64,000 nucleotides of DNA, taken from contig CM059431.1 of NCBI GenBank assembly GCA_030390025.1, positions 102,922,001 through 102,986,000 on the forward strand. The letters are read 5' to 3'. The DNA is from Squalus acanthias. Lineage: Eukaryota. The notes under the pieces are model-generated. The model was not told the origin of the DNA, searched no databases, and saw nothing but the letters and a program-made list of their open reading frames with translations. Of the stretch, positions 45,845 through 59,947 are shown in pieces. Numbering within the stretch: the first letter of the stretch is position 1; each line of letters begins with the position of its first letter. The translations under genes were made by a program, and so were the position numbers.

Positions 45845-48711
45845 GGACTAACAAATCTAGAGCCCCCTGGATGTCTAGGGACGTACAGGGTAGGATAAAG
45901 AAAAAAAGGGAGGCGTATGACAGATACTGAGGGCTAAATACTCCAGAATCTTTAGAGGAGTACAGAAAGTGCAGGGGTGCAATTAAAAAGGATATTAGGA
46001 AAGCAAAGAGAGAGCATGAAAAATTCTTGGCAAGTAACATCAAGGAAAATCCAAAGATGTTTTATAAATATATTAAGAGTAAGAGGATAACAAAAGAAAG
46101 GATAGGGCCTATTAGAGATCATGAGGGTAATCTGTGTGTGGAGGCGGGAGACGTCGGCAGGGTTCTTAATGAATACTTTGTGTCTGTTTTCACAAAGGAG
46201 AGGGGCGAAGCAGACATTGCTATCAGAGGGGAGGAGTGTGAAATATTAGATGAAATAAACATAGTGAGAGGAAGTATTAAGGGGTTTAGCAGCTTTAAAA
46301 ATGGATAAATCCCCAGGCCCGGATGAAATGTATCCCAGCCTGTTAAGCGAAGCAAAAGAGGAAATAGCAGAGGCCCTGACCATCATTTTTCAATCTTCTC
46401 TGGCTTCAGGTGTGGTGCCGGAGGACTGGAGGACTGCTAATGTGGAACCCTTGTTTAAAAAGGGAGAAAAGGATAGACCGAGTAATTACAGGCCAGTCAG
46501 CCTAACCTTGGTGGTGGGAAAATTATTGGAATGAATTCTGAAGGACAGGATAAATCTTCATTTAGAAAGACACAGTTTAATCAAGGATAGTCAGCACGGA
46601 TTTGTTAAGGGAAGGTCGTGTCTGACAAACTTGATTGAATTTTTTGAGGAGGTAACAAGGAGGGTAGATGAGGGTAGTGCGTTTGATGTAGTGTATATGG
46701 ACTTTAGCAAGGCTTTTGATAAGGTTTCACATGGCAGACTGGTCACGAAGTTAAAAGCCCATGGGATCCAGGGCAAAGTGTCAAGTTGGATTCAAAAGTG
46801 GCTCGGAGACAGGAAGCAGAGGATAATGGTTGATGGGTGTTTTTGTGACTGGAAGGCTGTTTCCAGTGGGGTTCCACAGGGCTCAGTACTAAGTCCCTTG
46901 CTTTTTGTGGTATATATCAATGATCTAGACTTGAATATAGTGGGTATGATTAAGAAGTTTGCAGATGATACTAAAATCGGCTGTGTGGTTGATACTGAAG
47001 AAGGAAGCTGTAGACTGCAGGAAGATATCAATAAATTGGTCAGGTGGGCAGAACAGTGGCAAATGGAATTCAATCTGGAGAAGTGTGAGCTAATACATTT
47101 GGGGAGGGCTAACAAGGAAAGCGAATACATATTAAGTGGTAGGACACTGAGTAGTGTAGAGGAACAAAGGGACTTTGAAGTGCATGTCCACAGATCCCTG
47201 AAGGTAGCAGGCCAGGTAGATAAGGTGGTTAAGAAGGCATACGGAATGCTTGCCTTTATTAGCCGTGGCATAGAATACAAGAGCAGGGGGATTATGCTTC
47301 AACTGTATAAAACACTAGTTAAGCCTCAGCTAGAGTACTGCGTGCAGTTCTGGTCACCACATTACAGGAAAGATGTGATTGCACTAGAGAGGGTACAGAG
47401 GAGATTTACAAGGATGTTGCTGGGAGTAGAGAATCTGAGCTATGAGGAAAGACTGGATAGGCTGGGTCTGTTTTCCTTGGAACAGAGGAGGCTGAGGGGA
47501 GACCTTATTGAGGTGTATAAAATTATGAGGGGCCTAAATAAAGTGGATAGAAAGGACCTATTTCCCTTAGCAGAGGGGTCAAAAACCAGGGGGCACAGAT
47601 TTAAAGTAATTGGTGGAAGGTTTAGAGGAGATTTGAGGGGAATTTCTTCACCCAGAGGGTTGTGGGGGTCTGGAACTCACTGCCTGAAAGGATGGTAGAG
47701 GCAGGAACCCTAACCTCATTTAAAAAGTACTTGGATGTGCACTTGGGATGCTGTAACCTGCAGGGCTACGGACCAAGAGCTGGGAAGTGGGATTAGACTG
47801 GATAGCTCTTTGTTGGCCGGCGCGGACACGATGGGCCAAAATGGCCTCCTTCCGTGCTGTAACTTTCTATGATTCTATGGGATCTTTTACATCCACCTGA
47901 AAGAGGGCCGACGGGACATCCGAAAGACGGCACCTCTGACAGTGCAGCGCTCCCTCAGCACTGCACTGGGGAGTGTCAGCCTAGCTTTATGTGCTCAAGT
48001 CACTGGAGTGGGACTTGAACCCACCAACCTTCTGACTCAGAAGGTGAGAGTGCTGCCCACTGAGCCACAGCTGACACATGAATCATAGAATGATACAGCA
48101 CAGAAGGAGGCCACTCGGCCCATCGTGCCTGTGCCAGAGCTCGCCAATTAGCCTCGCTCTCCTGCTCTTTCCCCGTAGCCCTGCAAATGTTTCCCCTTCA
48201 AGTATTTATCCTTTGGAAAGTGATTATTGAATTTGCTTCTACCACCCTTGCAGGCAGTGCATTTCATTGATCTAGTCAGATTCAGGATGTAGCCGTCTCT
48301 GACGGTGATGTCGATGTTTGAATTCACAGCAAGTATGGTGACGGGTGCCTTTGCTTTTGTGCCATTCCATGGGTATTTTAATGAGTTCCAATAGTCACAG
48401 GGCTGACAGCGTTTGTAGAACAAAGGTAAATCTTTGAAGCTCAGGCCACTTCATCATTTCAATGCTTTAACATGTAAGGATCCAATCTCCAGAGACAGCT
48501 GGTGATTCATTCCTTGGTGCATCGCCTGGTCTCTATGGGCTAAGAGCATGTAACTTAATTCAAGTGTTTTAGGAGCTGAGCTGACAAGTGATAACACCTC
48601 GAGGAATGCTAGGATCAGAACAATAGCAGCCCCATCCTTCAATCGCCGATGGAAAATCTGGCAAGGCAGCAACATAGGCATGAACCGTCCTTTGTTAACA
48701 GTGCTGATCCT

Positions 48712-49263
48712 ACATAAGAACATAAGAATTAGGAGCAGGAGTAGGCCATTCGGCCCCTCGAGCCTGCTCCACCATTCAATAAGATCATGGCTGATCTGAT
48801 CTTGGCCTCAACTCCACTTTCCTGCCCGCTCCTCATAACCCTTGACTCCCCTGTAGCTCAAATATTTGTCTATCTCCACCTAGAATATATTCACTGACTC
48901 AGCCTCCACAGCTCTCTGTGGAAGAGAATTCCAAAGATTCACGACCCTCAGAAAGAAGAAATTCCTCCACATCTCCATCTTAAATGGGCGAACCCTTATC
49001 CTGAAACTATGCCCCCTAGTTCTAGATTCCCCCACGAGGGGAAACAACCTCTCAGCGTCTACCCTGTCAAGCCCCCTCAGAATCTTATATGTTACAATGA
49101 AATCACCTCTCATTCTTCTAAACTCCAATGAGTATAGGCCCAACCTGCTCAACCTTTCTTCATAAGACAACCCCTTCATCTCAGGAATCAAACTGGTGAA
49201 CCTTCTCTGAACTGCCTCCAATGCAAATATATCCCTCCTTAAATAAGGAGACCAAAATTGTAC
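48712..49263 (-). mobile_element. CR1 3' fragment
   Basis: 113-aa ORF2 C-terminus and tail. Confidence 0.93.
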
Positions 49264-49267
49264 CTAT

Positions 49268-50783
49268 TGTAAGGTATAACTGTGAGACAAGGACTTAAGA
49301 AAAATGGTGATAATGTAATGGAATAAGCCATATTCCAAGAAATACATCATCCTATGAACAGATTTTGATAACATTAATACATGACATACTGGGTTTAAAA
49401 GTCTGGAAAGCCTCGGCGACACAGGCTTCAAACCCAACACAGGCTTCTGAGATAAGATGGTTTGTTAACACAAAGCTGTGAAAACAAGCTTTGAAATGGG
49501 AATTGGTTTATAAGTACAGAGACAAAGCCCCCTATTGAAGCAAACCATTGGTGCTTCCAGAATGTCTAGAGTTTGGAACAAAACAATAGCAATGCCCAAG
49601 TAAAGTGTCAAAATCTAACACGTCGAACAGGTGCACAGAACATTAAAAAAACCAAGTGCCTTTGAAAAAATGACATCAAGTAAAAGAAATACCTGCCGTA
49701 AAATAGTTTTATGTTAAACTTAGAAACAGGAAACACGATTAAATATGCAACCAATTGAAATAGCTAAGAAATGCAAAAAACACCCTGGTTGAAGTGTTTT
49801 TGATTTACAAGTTGTAAAAGGTACAAATAGGAAGGCTTTGAAAATATAATATCAATAGATGACACCAAGCAATTACATTGTGTTTGTATTGAACTTGGAA
49901 CACCACGGAGTCACGACGCCTGGCTCACAAGCAGTTAAGTGATATTAAGAATTCAATAGAAAGACTTCCTAAGAATAGCATCAAAAGATAAATCTATAAT
50001 AACCATAAAATGATAGTTTTTGAAACACCTCAAGGTAGAGACAGAATTCTAAAAGTTGGCAGCTGAAATGACAGTATCAATAAAGTATCACTAGAGACAA
50101 TTAGCTTACATCAAAAGAAAACTTCAAAGAATATACCACTAAAAAAGAGTATAAAAATAAGAGCTTTTCAAATGAGAAAACAGAAGTCGCTGGAAGGGCA
50201 AGCATTTCTCAACTTCACAGGCACGCTCTGTAAGTTTTTAACTCTGAGTCTCGGGTAATTAAGGTATTTGATTTTGGTGGATATTCTGGATTAAGAAATA
50301 AGTAGAAGTGTGGAAATATAATGAAGTTAAGATTTCAGAATAAGGATCTCTGCTAAAAAATGTAAGCAATTTTATTTTGAATGGTTAAAAGTCGCGATTG
50401 ACTTATCAGCTGTTAACTGAATGTCGGCTCTTAAATAAATCTATATATTTTTAGAATTGTCTCAAGTAGTATTTCTGTATCAACCTCACGAACTCAATTT
50501 CTGTACACTCTTCAGAGAGGAGTTGCAGAATTCTGGGGGGTTTTCCGGACCCTCATAATATCCGGAAGGTTACAGTCTAGTTAAACTTATTAAAAGTGCT
50601 ATCCAGAGGACGGTAACATCTTCAGGCCATTTTTTTCCTTTAGGGAGAGGTAGTCTGACCTTTAGACCCAATTAAGCGTCTCTAGGATTCGGCTACCGCT
50701 AACTTTAGTTGAAGGTGAACGTCTGGGGAATACGCCTGATCTGGGGTAGTCCGAAAGGGCTAGGACTTGTAATTATCCCTTCA
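49268..50783 (+). mobile_element. LTR-like element (probable solo LTR)
   Basis: tgtaagg ... cccttca, TATAAAA near 50149, AATAAA near 50434, hairpin-rich end; no clean TSD. Confidence 0.5.
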
Positions 50784-53659
50784 ATAAGAAGCTCAGAAAT
50801 GTTGATCTGAGGAATCTAGAGCAAAGCAAACCATAACAGGACAAGTTAGGCTCAAAGAAGATTTGCTGAGTGTGTTGATTAAACACAACTAATGGCTGGG
50901 GTATTCCGAATAATAACAGCTTCGCAGCTGTCTGAGCAGCAATGCCCCTAACCAAGCCTATTTTTTGTCAGTATTAACCGTTTGAATATTAGACTTCCTT
51001 GGTGCATTTCGAAAGAAACAAAATCCCCAGTTTTCTTGTTCTCCTGAAGTGCAAGGGGTTTAAAAAAGTAAATGAATAAGTGAGAAGATTTGATAAACAT
51101 TCTAAATAATGTTTCTCTTTTAAATACTTCTGTTTTTATTAATTTCAACAGAAAGCATTTATCCATAGAATTTACAGTACAGAAACAGGCCAACCGGTCC
51201 GTGCCGGTGTTTATGCTCCACACGAGCCTCCTCGCACCCCTCTTCATCTCACCCTATCAGCATAAACTTCTATTCCTTTCTTACTCATGTGTTTATCTAG
51301 CTTCCTCTTAAATGCATCTTACATACATAGGCTAACATAGGATAAACCGCACAGAAACAGGCCATTCGGTCCAACCAGTCCATGCCGGCGTTTATGCTCC
51401 ACTCGAGCCTCCTCCCGTCTTTCCTCATCTAAATCTATCAGCATAACCCTCTATTCCCTTCTCCCTCATATGCTTGTCCAGCCTCCCCTTAAATGCATCT
51501 ATACTATTTGCTTCAACCACTCCCTGTGATAGCGAGTTCCACATTCTCACCACTCTTTGGGTAAAGAAGTTTCTTCTGAATTCCCTATTGGATTTCTTGG
51601 TGACTATCTTATATTGATGGCCTCCAGTTATGCTCTTCCCCACAAGTGGAAACATTTTCTCTGTATCCACTCTATCAAAACCTTTCATAATTTTATAGAC
51701 CTCTATTAGGTCACCCCTCAGCCTTCTTTTTTCAAGAGAAATGAGGCTCAGCCTGTTCATCCTTTCCTGATATGTATACCCTCGCATTTCTGGTATCATC
51801 CTTGTAAATCTTCTCTGCACCCTCTCCAGTGCCTCTATATCCTTTTTATAATATGGCAACCAGAACTGCATGCAGTACTCGAAGTGTGGTCTAACCAAGA
51901 TTCGATACAGGTTTAGCATAACTTCCCTACTTTTCAATTCTATCCCTCCAGAAATAAACCCTAGTGCTTGGTTTGCTTTTTTTATGGCCTTGCTAACCTG
52001 TGTCGCAACTTTTAGTGATTTGTGTATTTGTACTCCGAGATCCCTTTGTGCCTCTACCCCACCTAGACTCGCATCCTCCAAGTGGTAAGTGACCTCCCTA
52101 TTCTTCCTGCCAAAATGTAATACCTCACATTTATCTGTGTTGAACTTCATTTTTCAATTATTTGCCCATTCTGCAAGTTTATTAATGTCCTCCTGTAATT
52201 TGTTGCAGTCCTCCTCAGTATTGACTATCCCCCCCTAATTTGGTTTCATCCGCAAATTTAGAAATTGTGTTTTTGATTCCAAGGTCTAAATTGTTAATGT
52301 AAATTGTGAACAGCAATGGTCCCAGCACTGATCCTTGTGGAATACCACTACCCACCTTCTGCCACTGTGAATAGCTACCCTTTACTCCTACTCTCTGCTT
52401 TCTGTCTTGAAGCCAGCCAGCAATCCATTCTGCTACTTGTCCCCTGACTCTGCATTCTCTGACCTTATGCATTAGTCTATTATGGGATACCTTATCGAAG
52501 GCCTTTTGAAAATCTAGATAAATTACATCTACTGCATTACCATTGTCTACTTTCTCTGTCACCTCTTCAAACAATTCAATGAGGTTGGTCAAACAAGATT
52601 TTCCCTTTTGAAATCCATGCTGACTATTCATTATTATACTTTTCATTTCTAGATGCTCTTTTATTCTCTCCTTTGGTTGGGATTCCATTATTTTTCCTAT
52701 CACCGAAGTTAAGCTGACTAGTCTATAATTCCCTGGACATGTTCTATCCCCCTTCTTAAATATAGGTATTACGTTAGCTATCCGCCAGTCCTCTGGCACT
52801 ACACCTTTTTCTAATGAATTATTAAATATGCGTAGTAATGCATCTGCTATCTCTTCTCTAGATTCTTTTAAAATGCGTGGATGCAATCCATCCGGACCAG
52901 GAGTTTTATCCTCTTTGAGTTTGATTAGTTTCTTTAATATATCCCCTTTTTTATTTTAAATGCACTTATCTCATGACTAATCTCATCATCCAATGTCATG
53001 TCCACCTGTTCTATCTCCCTGGTAAATACCGAAGTGGAATAATGATTTAATATTTCTGCCATCTCCCTATCATTACCTATTGTCCTGTCTATCCCTTAAT
53101 GGCCCTGTTCCCATCCCAACCTTTCTTTTTTTATTGATGTGCCTGTAAAATATTTTACTATTTTGTTTTATGTTCCTTGATAATTTAATTTCATAGTTCA
53201 TCTTTGCCTTCCTAATTGTTTTGTTTGACTTCTCTCCTAATCCCTTCATATTCTCCCTTATCATGCTCTCCCCTGCTGTCCATGTACTTAATGTATGCCT
53301 CTTTCCTTACCCTCAATTGTTCCCTTATGGCTTTATTCATCCATGGAGTCTCATTATTGTTTAGTTTGTTCTTTCCTTTTAGCGGAATATATTGTTCCTG
53401 CACTCTGTTGAACACCGTTTTAAATGTTTCCCATTGCTGTTCTACATCGTTGTTTGCCGATATTGTTGCCCATTTTATCTTCCCAAGTTCTATTCTCAGC
53501 CCCTCAAAATCAGCTTTTCTCCAATCTATTAACCTGGTTTTTATCATACTTATGTCCTTCTCAATTATCATCTTAAAGCGTACTATATTATGGTCACTAT
53601 TGCCAACATGTTCCCCTACTTTTACTTCTCTTATCTGCTCTGGCTCATTCCCCATTAAG

Positions 53660-54931
53660 AACATAAGAACATATGAACATAAGAACTAGGAGCAGGAGTA
53701 GGCCATTCGGCCCTTCGAGCCTGCTTCGCCATTCAATGAGATCATGGCTGATCTTCTACCTCAACTCCATTCACTGGCCCTATCGCCATATCCCATGATG
53801 CCCTTACTAGTCAGAAATCTATCGACTTCTGTTTTGAATATACCCAATGACTGAGCCTTCACAGCCCTCTGGGGTAGAGAATTCCAAAGATTCACCACCC
53901 TCTGTGTGAAGAAATTTATTCTCATCTCAGTCCTGAATGGCCTGCCCTTTATCTTGAGGCTGTGGCCCCTGGTTCTAGACTCCCGCAGCCAAGGGAAACA
54001 TTCTCCCAGCATCCATTCTATCAAGCCCTGTAATAATTTTGTATGCTTCAATGAGATCCCCTCTCATTCTTCTGAATTCAAGAGAATACAGGCCTAGTTT
54101 ACTCAATCTCTTCTCATACGACAGTCCCGCCATCCCAGGAATCAATCTCGTGAACCTTTGTTGCACTCCCTCTATGGCAAGTATATCCTTCCTTAGGTAA
54201 GGAGACCAAAATTGTACGCAGTACTCCAGGTGTGGTCTCACCAAGGCCCTATATAATTGGAGTAAGACTTCTTTACTCCTGTACTCAAATCCTCTTGTAA
54301 TGAAGGCCAGCATACCATTTGCCTCCCTAATGGCTTGCTGCACCTGCACATTCACTTTCAGTGACTCATGTACAAGGACACCCAGGTCCCTTTGAGCCTC
54401 TGCAATCCCCAATCTTTCACCATTTAGGAAATACTTTGCCTTTCTGTTTTTTCTACCAAAGTGGATAACTTCACATTTATCCATGTTATATTCCATCTGC
54501 CATGTTCTCGCCCACTCACTGAGCCTGTCGAGATCCCCTTGAAGCCTCTTCACATCCTCTTCGCAACTGCTACTGCCACCTAGCTTTATATCATCAGCAA
54601 ATTTGGAAATGTTACATTTAGTCCCCTCATCCAAATCATTGATATAGATTGTGAATAGCTGGGGCCCAAGCACCAATCCTTGCGGTACCCCACTAGTCAC
54701 AGCCTGCCATCCTGAAAAAGACCCGTTTATCCCTACTCTTTGTTTTCTGTCTGTTAACCAATTCTCAATCCATGCTAGTATATTACCCCCAATTCCATGT
54801 GCCCTAATTTTGTTCACCAACCTCTTGTGTTGGACGTTATCGAAGGCCTTTTGAAAATCGAGATACACCACATCTACCGGTTCCCCTTTGTCTACTCCAC
54901 TAGTTACATCCTCAAAGAACTCCAATAGGTT
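53660..54931 (-). mobile_element. Nested CR1 3' fragment (RT)
   Basis: 316-aa frame with YLDFQKAFD and KFADD; own tail at 53660. Confidence 0.94.
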
Positions 54932-55239
54932 AGTGTGATTGATCCTTTATTATCTTTTATCTCTATCCATATGGATTCTGTTTTTGTCTTGCTGATATCT
55001 ACGTCCCTTTTTTCTACTGCCATTCTGTTATCCCTAATAAGTACAGCTACTCCACCTCCCCTTTTTCCCTCTCTATCTTTTCTAAATATGTTATACCCTG
55101 CAATGTTTAATTCCCAGTCCTGATTTTTCTGTACCTATGTCTCAGTAATCCCTAGTATGTCTGGCTCCTCCCAATGCATGATTACCTCCAGCTCCCCTGT
55201 TTTATTACGGACACTGTGTGCATTGCTGTACAGGCAGTT

Positions 55240-55690
55240 TAACTAGAACTAGGGGGCATAGTCTTAGAATAAGGGGCTGCTCTTTCAAAACTGAGATGAG
55301 AAGGAACTACTTCACTCAGAGGGTGGTAGGTCCATGGAATATGCTGCCCCAAAAAGCTGTAGAAGCTACATCATTACATAAATTTAAAACAGAAATAGAC
55401 AGTTTCCTAGAAGTAAAGGGACTTAAGGGTTACGGGGAGCGGGCAGGAATTTGGACATGAGTCTAGGTTCGGATCGGTCATGGCCCTGTGGGTAGCGTAG
55501 CGGGCCCAGGGGCTGTGTAGCCTGATCCTGCTCCTATTTCGTGTGTCCAATTCTGTTAGGTTCAGGAGATGGTTCTGTGATAGTAGATTGGCGGTTAGGA
55601 TCAGATCAGCCATGATCTTATTGAATGGCGGAGCAGGCTCGAGGGGCCAATTGGCCTACTCCTGCTCCTATTTCTTATGTTCTTATGTTC
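55240..55690 (+). mobile_element. Nested CR1 3' fragment with doubled 3'UTR module
   Basis: TRTRGHSLRI...WNMLP; two successive ...cctgctcctatttc ends. Confidence 0.85.
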
Positions 55691-56904
55691 TAACTCATTT
55701 TTAATAGGATTTCCTCTCACTTTATGGTTATCCATCTTTTTAGACTCCTGTTCGATAACTCTATTTGCTCCCTTGCCATCAATGTCCTCCCTTACATTAT
55801 TCTTTCCTATGCTCTCTTTTCCTGTTTTGTTTATATTGAGGCTGCTTATGTTTCTTGTAGATCCCTCCCCCCTTCTTACTAGTTTAAAGCTTTTGCCACC
55901 TCCCTATTTACCCTTTCCGCTCGGACACGGGTCCCATCCCGGTTCAGGTGGAGCCCGTCAATGGTGAGAGAGGTTGTTCCAGTGAGGTGACACTGGATAG
56001 AGAGTTTGCTCCAAACACTTGCAAGCTGCATAAAGCTCAATCTGTCTTCCAAATGCAGTAAGCAACAGCTTCTGAGCTTGGAAAGTGAAGACCTATGAAA
56101 TGGGAGCTTTCATAGACCATTTGCAGCTGTCAGATTAGTAAATCATCCCATGCTGACACAACGCCCGACCTACTTACCTGACGTGATCCCCTCGTGCCGG
56201 GAAACTCATGGAAAAGCTGGTAAAATGGTAAGTACATGGCAAAATCCTGCTTAACTACCTTTTAACAAGCTTTTAAGTATCTAAATTGGCTGACCCGCCG
56301 CTTAGTGTCGGGTCTGTTCAGGGATGGCAGACCCGACACTTGGGAAACTACAAGGAGGCGGGTTCAGAGCGGGATCCCGACCCGCTGTCAATCTTTTTGA
56401 TTTTGACAGCAGACCCGCCTGCGATCCTGCACTCTGAGCGCCGGTAAAATTCCGGCCCTGGTCTTCGAATAACTTTGAAGTGATAGTTATTACACATAAC
56501 TCTTTCATGTGTAATAACTATCCCTTACCCAAAACAGGAGCAACATGAGTTTAATTTGCAGTGCACTGTACTGGAGTAAGCGGTTGGAAGTTGCTCACAG
56601 AGGAGTCGATCGATTGTGTCGGTATGTCCCAATGCTTCCAGGAGTTATCAAAAATAGCTCAGAAACCAATCTCAATGCAAGTTCCCACTACATACAAGCA
56701 TTTATCACTACCCCCCCCCCCGCACTTCTCTCTCTATATCTCTCTCTCTCTTTCGAGTCAGAAGGTTGTGGGTTCAAGCCCCACTCCAGGACTGCACCAA
56801 GTGCTGTCTTTCAGACGAGACGCCAAACCGAGACACCATCTGCTTGTTTAGATGGACGGGCAAGATCCCATGGCACTATTTGAAGAGCAAGGGAGTTCTC
56901 CTGG

Positions 56905-57533
56905 GGGGGGGGGGTGGGGGGGGGAGAAATTCATTATCGCCCCGGTTGGGGGTGGTAACTTTTGAAAGCTGGGAAACTTAAGCGCCTGGAGCGCGAAAGG
57001 ACGCAGGCGAGGGCGTTGATGGTGCAGTGCTGCCACGTTCCAAGGCTCCTTCCCTCCCTTAAAGGGAAGGGCCATCGCTGCAGGCTCTGCATCAGGACTA
57101 GTCAATTGGTCCCCGATGGTGGTAGCGATCCGACTCCATCAGCCCCATGCACTCCAGCACGGTGCCGGGCTGATCGATCGCGGCCCAGGAGAACTAAAAA
57201 AAAAAATTGAACAGACACATTTCAGAAATTTAGGTACTTACCTCGGCAACCTCCCCTTTAACTTCCGCCCCCACCGAAGCGCCCGGCCTCCCGATCAACA
57301 CCTCCTTGGTCGGGTCTGGGGCGCTACCGGGGTGATGCGCACGGCGATGATGTCACGATCTCCGGGCGAAGGAGATCGTGGCGCTTTGTGATACCGCCGC
57401 TGCAAACCTCTCACCGAAGTTCGCGGGAGTTGTTCATCTCACCGCACGAGCCCGGGCGGTAAGTTGTTAGCGCCCTTGTTATCACCCCCTGGGGGTGCTA
57501 ACGGGAGGCGCTAACCCACCAAATTTATCCCCC
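56905..57533. mobile_element. MITE (family B related) inside a Deu-SINE (56755..57600)
   Basis: gggggagaaatt ... aatttatccccc; shared gcgcta motifs. Confidence 0.8.
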
Positions 57534-58534
57534 TAGTGTCCTGGCCAACATTCCTCCCACAGCCAACATCCTCAAACAGATTAAACTGATCATTCATCTC
57601 AAATGAATGTTATAGTAAACACTGTATAGAAATCGCTATACCGGCCCGCCTCCCATCTTCCACACTCCATAAACTTGAGATCATGGGGGGTTTGCACAAG
57701 GCAGTTTCTCTGTGTTGGGGGTGGGGGGGGGGGGTGCGTGTAACCATAGGTGCACTTAAACAAAGTGCAGAGTGAAGGGTGAGTAGTGAGTGTTGCTTTA
57801 AGAGGGTGGAGGAGTGTGATGATGCCCAGTGTGCACAAGGTGAAAAAAAAAACCACTGTAAGTACCTTACCTTGCCAGATCTGGTGAGGTCATTGAATTT
57901 TTTCCCGCACTGCTCTGCTACCCTGGAAGTGAGGGAGTTGACTGACAGTACCTGTGGTGTCCGGTGGTCATGATAGGCGCTATATAAATGCAAAACTTTC
58001 TTTCTTTTTTGCCATTCAGCTACCTTTACAATTTGTTTCATTTTGTATTCCTGGATGCATGAGTCCTGAAAAACTGCACTTTTAATGGATTACAGAACAA
58101 AGTGTTCCCAGCGACAGATCCCACATTATTGGCATAGCATTGCTTTTGCTTTTTTATCAATAAATTCCGAAAATGTTGGTGTCTGGGAATTTATTTAAGC
58201 GTCAGAAGTGCATCATAAATATGCAATATTGATTTCCTGTGGTGTTCGTTTCTGTAACAAATTTTAAATGGACAGGAAAAGTAATTCTAGGGAACGAAAC
58301 CGAGTATTTCCACTTGGATATATCACAGGTAAGTGGCTATTTTCTTTGTGTCAGTTAGTTTTGAACAATTTTTCCGTTGATGGATCACCCTTTGCGGAGC
58401 CCTGCGGGTCTTAAAATCACTCGATAACACAGCGGTGCAAAATGTCCTGATGTTCGGAGTCAGGGGAAAGCCCAGGAAAGGACAATTGCCGTTCTTGCAT
58501 TTCTACCAGGATCCTGCAAACTGATTACGTAGAA

Positions 58535-58990
58535 TGACACAGGATATACGGCACAGAAACAGGCCATTCGGCCCCACCAGTCCATGCCGGCGTTTATGCT
58601 CCACTCGAGCCTCCTCCCGTCTTTCCTCATCTAAATCTATCAGCGTAACCCTCTATTCCCTTCTCCCTCATATGCTTGTCCAGCCTCCCCTTAAATGCAT
58701 CCATACGATTCGCTTCAACCACTCCCTGTGGTAGCGAGTTCCACATTCTCACCACTCTCTGGGTAAAGAAGTTTCTACTGAATTCCCTATTGGATTTCTT
58801 GGTGACTATCTTATATTGATGGCCTTGAGTTTTGCTCTTCCCCTACAAGTGGAAACATTCTCTCTGTATCCACTCTATCAAAACCTTTCATAATTTTAAA
58901 GACCTCTAGTAGGTCGCCCCCGCCCCCCACCCCCCCACTCAGCACTTCTCTTTTCAAGAGCCCAGTTTATCCTTTCCCCTCCTTCCCCCT
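58535..58990 (-). mobile_element. CR1 subfamily B 3' fragment
   Basis: Matches 51341..51750. Confidence 0.9.
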
Positions 58991-59339
58991 CCCCACAGCC
59001 CTTTCCCCCACCACAGTTTCCTTGTGCATTTTTTGCTACATCACTGAAAGCAGAGCTAGGTCTAGAATAGCGAAGAGATTGCCTCAGGGCACTGAGAGAC
59101 AGGCTGGCCTTGGCATCTATACCAGTGCCTTCTTGGGGGAAAAAAAAATGTCTACTTGTTTTCAGAAGCTGCCGATTTATCCTTGAATAAATGTTTGAAC
59201 ACAACAGCTGTGTTCAGCCGGCACTTTTATCAATGCATTCCAAAAAAAAAAAAGTCTGTCGCTGCGATTTGCACAAAGCAAGAGGTTTTATTCGGTTTAC
59301 TTCGGCCAGTGGGTGTACACATTCGAGGGAGAAAATGAA

Positions 59340-59825
59340 AAAGAAAGACTTGGCATTTCTACGACCTTTCATGACCTCGGGACGTTCCCAAAGCGCTTTA
59401 CAGCCAATTTCATGGTCATTATCACATTGCTGTTTGTGGGAGCTTGCTGTGCGCAAACTGGCTGCCGCGTTTCCTACATTACAACAGTGAGCACACTTCA
59501 AAAAGTGCTTCATTGGCTGTAAAGCGCTTTGAGACGTCCGGTGGTCGTGAAAGGCGCCGTAGAAATGCAAGTCTGTCTTTTCTTTTCAATGAATTACTTT
59601 TTGAAGTGGAGTCACTGTTGTAATGTGGGAAACGCGGCAGCCAGTTTGCGCACAGCAAGCTCCCACAAACAGCAATGTGAGAATGACCAGATTATCTGTT
59701 TTTGTTCGCGATGTTGGTTGAGGGATAAATATTGACACCGGGGAGAACTCCCCTGCTCTTCTTCCAATGGTGCCGTGGGATCTTTTATGTCCACTTGAGA
59801 GAGCTCGGTTTAACGTCTCATCTGA
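59340..59825. mobile_element. Cluster of Deu-SINE 3' fragments in alternating orientation
   Basis: 59340..59408 (-), 59412..59585 (+), 59595..59825 (-). Confidence 0.8.
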
Positions 59826-59947
59826 AAAACGAGAGACTCCATATTGGTTGTGCGGTGACTTGATTGTATTTACTTTACTTAATTCCTTTCAATCACTTGA
59901 GCAATAGTACAGAGGATTAAGTAAAATGGTATTACCCACTTCTCTGA

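Larger units (their letters stand above)
41131..47879 (+). mobile_element. Full-length CR1 LINE, decayed, with nested MITE and solo LTR
   Basis: 5'UTR, ORF1, APE endonuclease (YFNARSI, IAITETWL, GVYYRPP, GDFN), RT (46631..47698), attctatg tail. Confidence 0.96.
40884..48077 (-). mobile_element. Deu-domain SINE split (40884..41130 + 47879..48077) by a full-length CR1
   Basis: The halves join at ctcttctttg | gggatcttttac with ~10 bp lost relative to the 39172 copy. Confidence 0.85.
51341..55985 (-). mobile_element. CR1 subfamily B, long copy (ORF1 end to 3' tail) with two nested CR1s
   Basis: DGLHLN esterase end near 55950, EN remnants, RT frames of 223 aa and 241 aa. Confidence 0.92.

Noticed and set aside
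48148..48723. Two same-frame minus-strand ORFs as a gene fragment
   Set aside because: Separated by two stops, ends lie in CR1 tails, no recognisable homology.
58276..58328. Exon ending at a strong CAG|gtaagt donor
   Set aside because: No convincing acceptor and no recognisable peptide.
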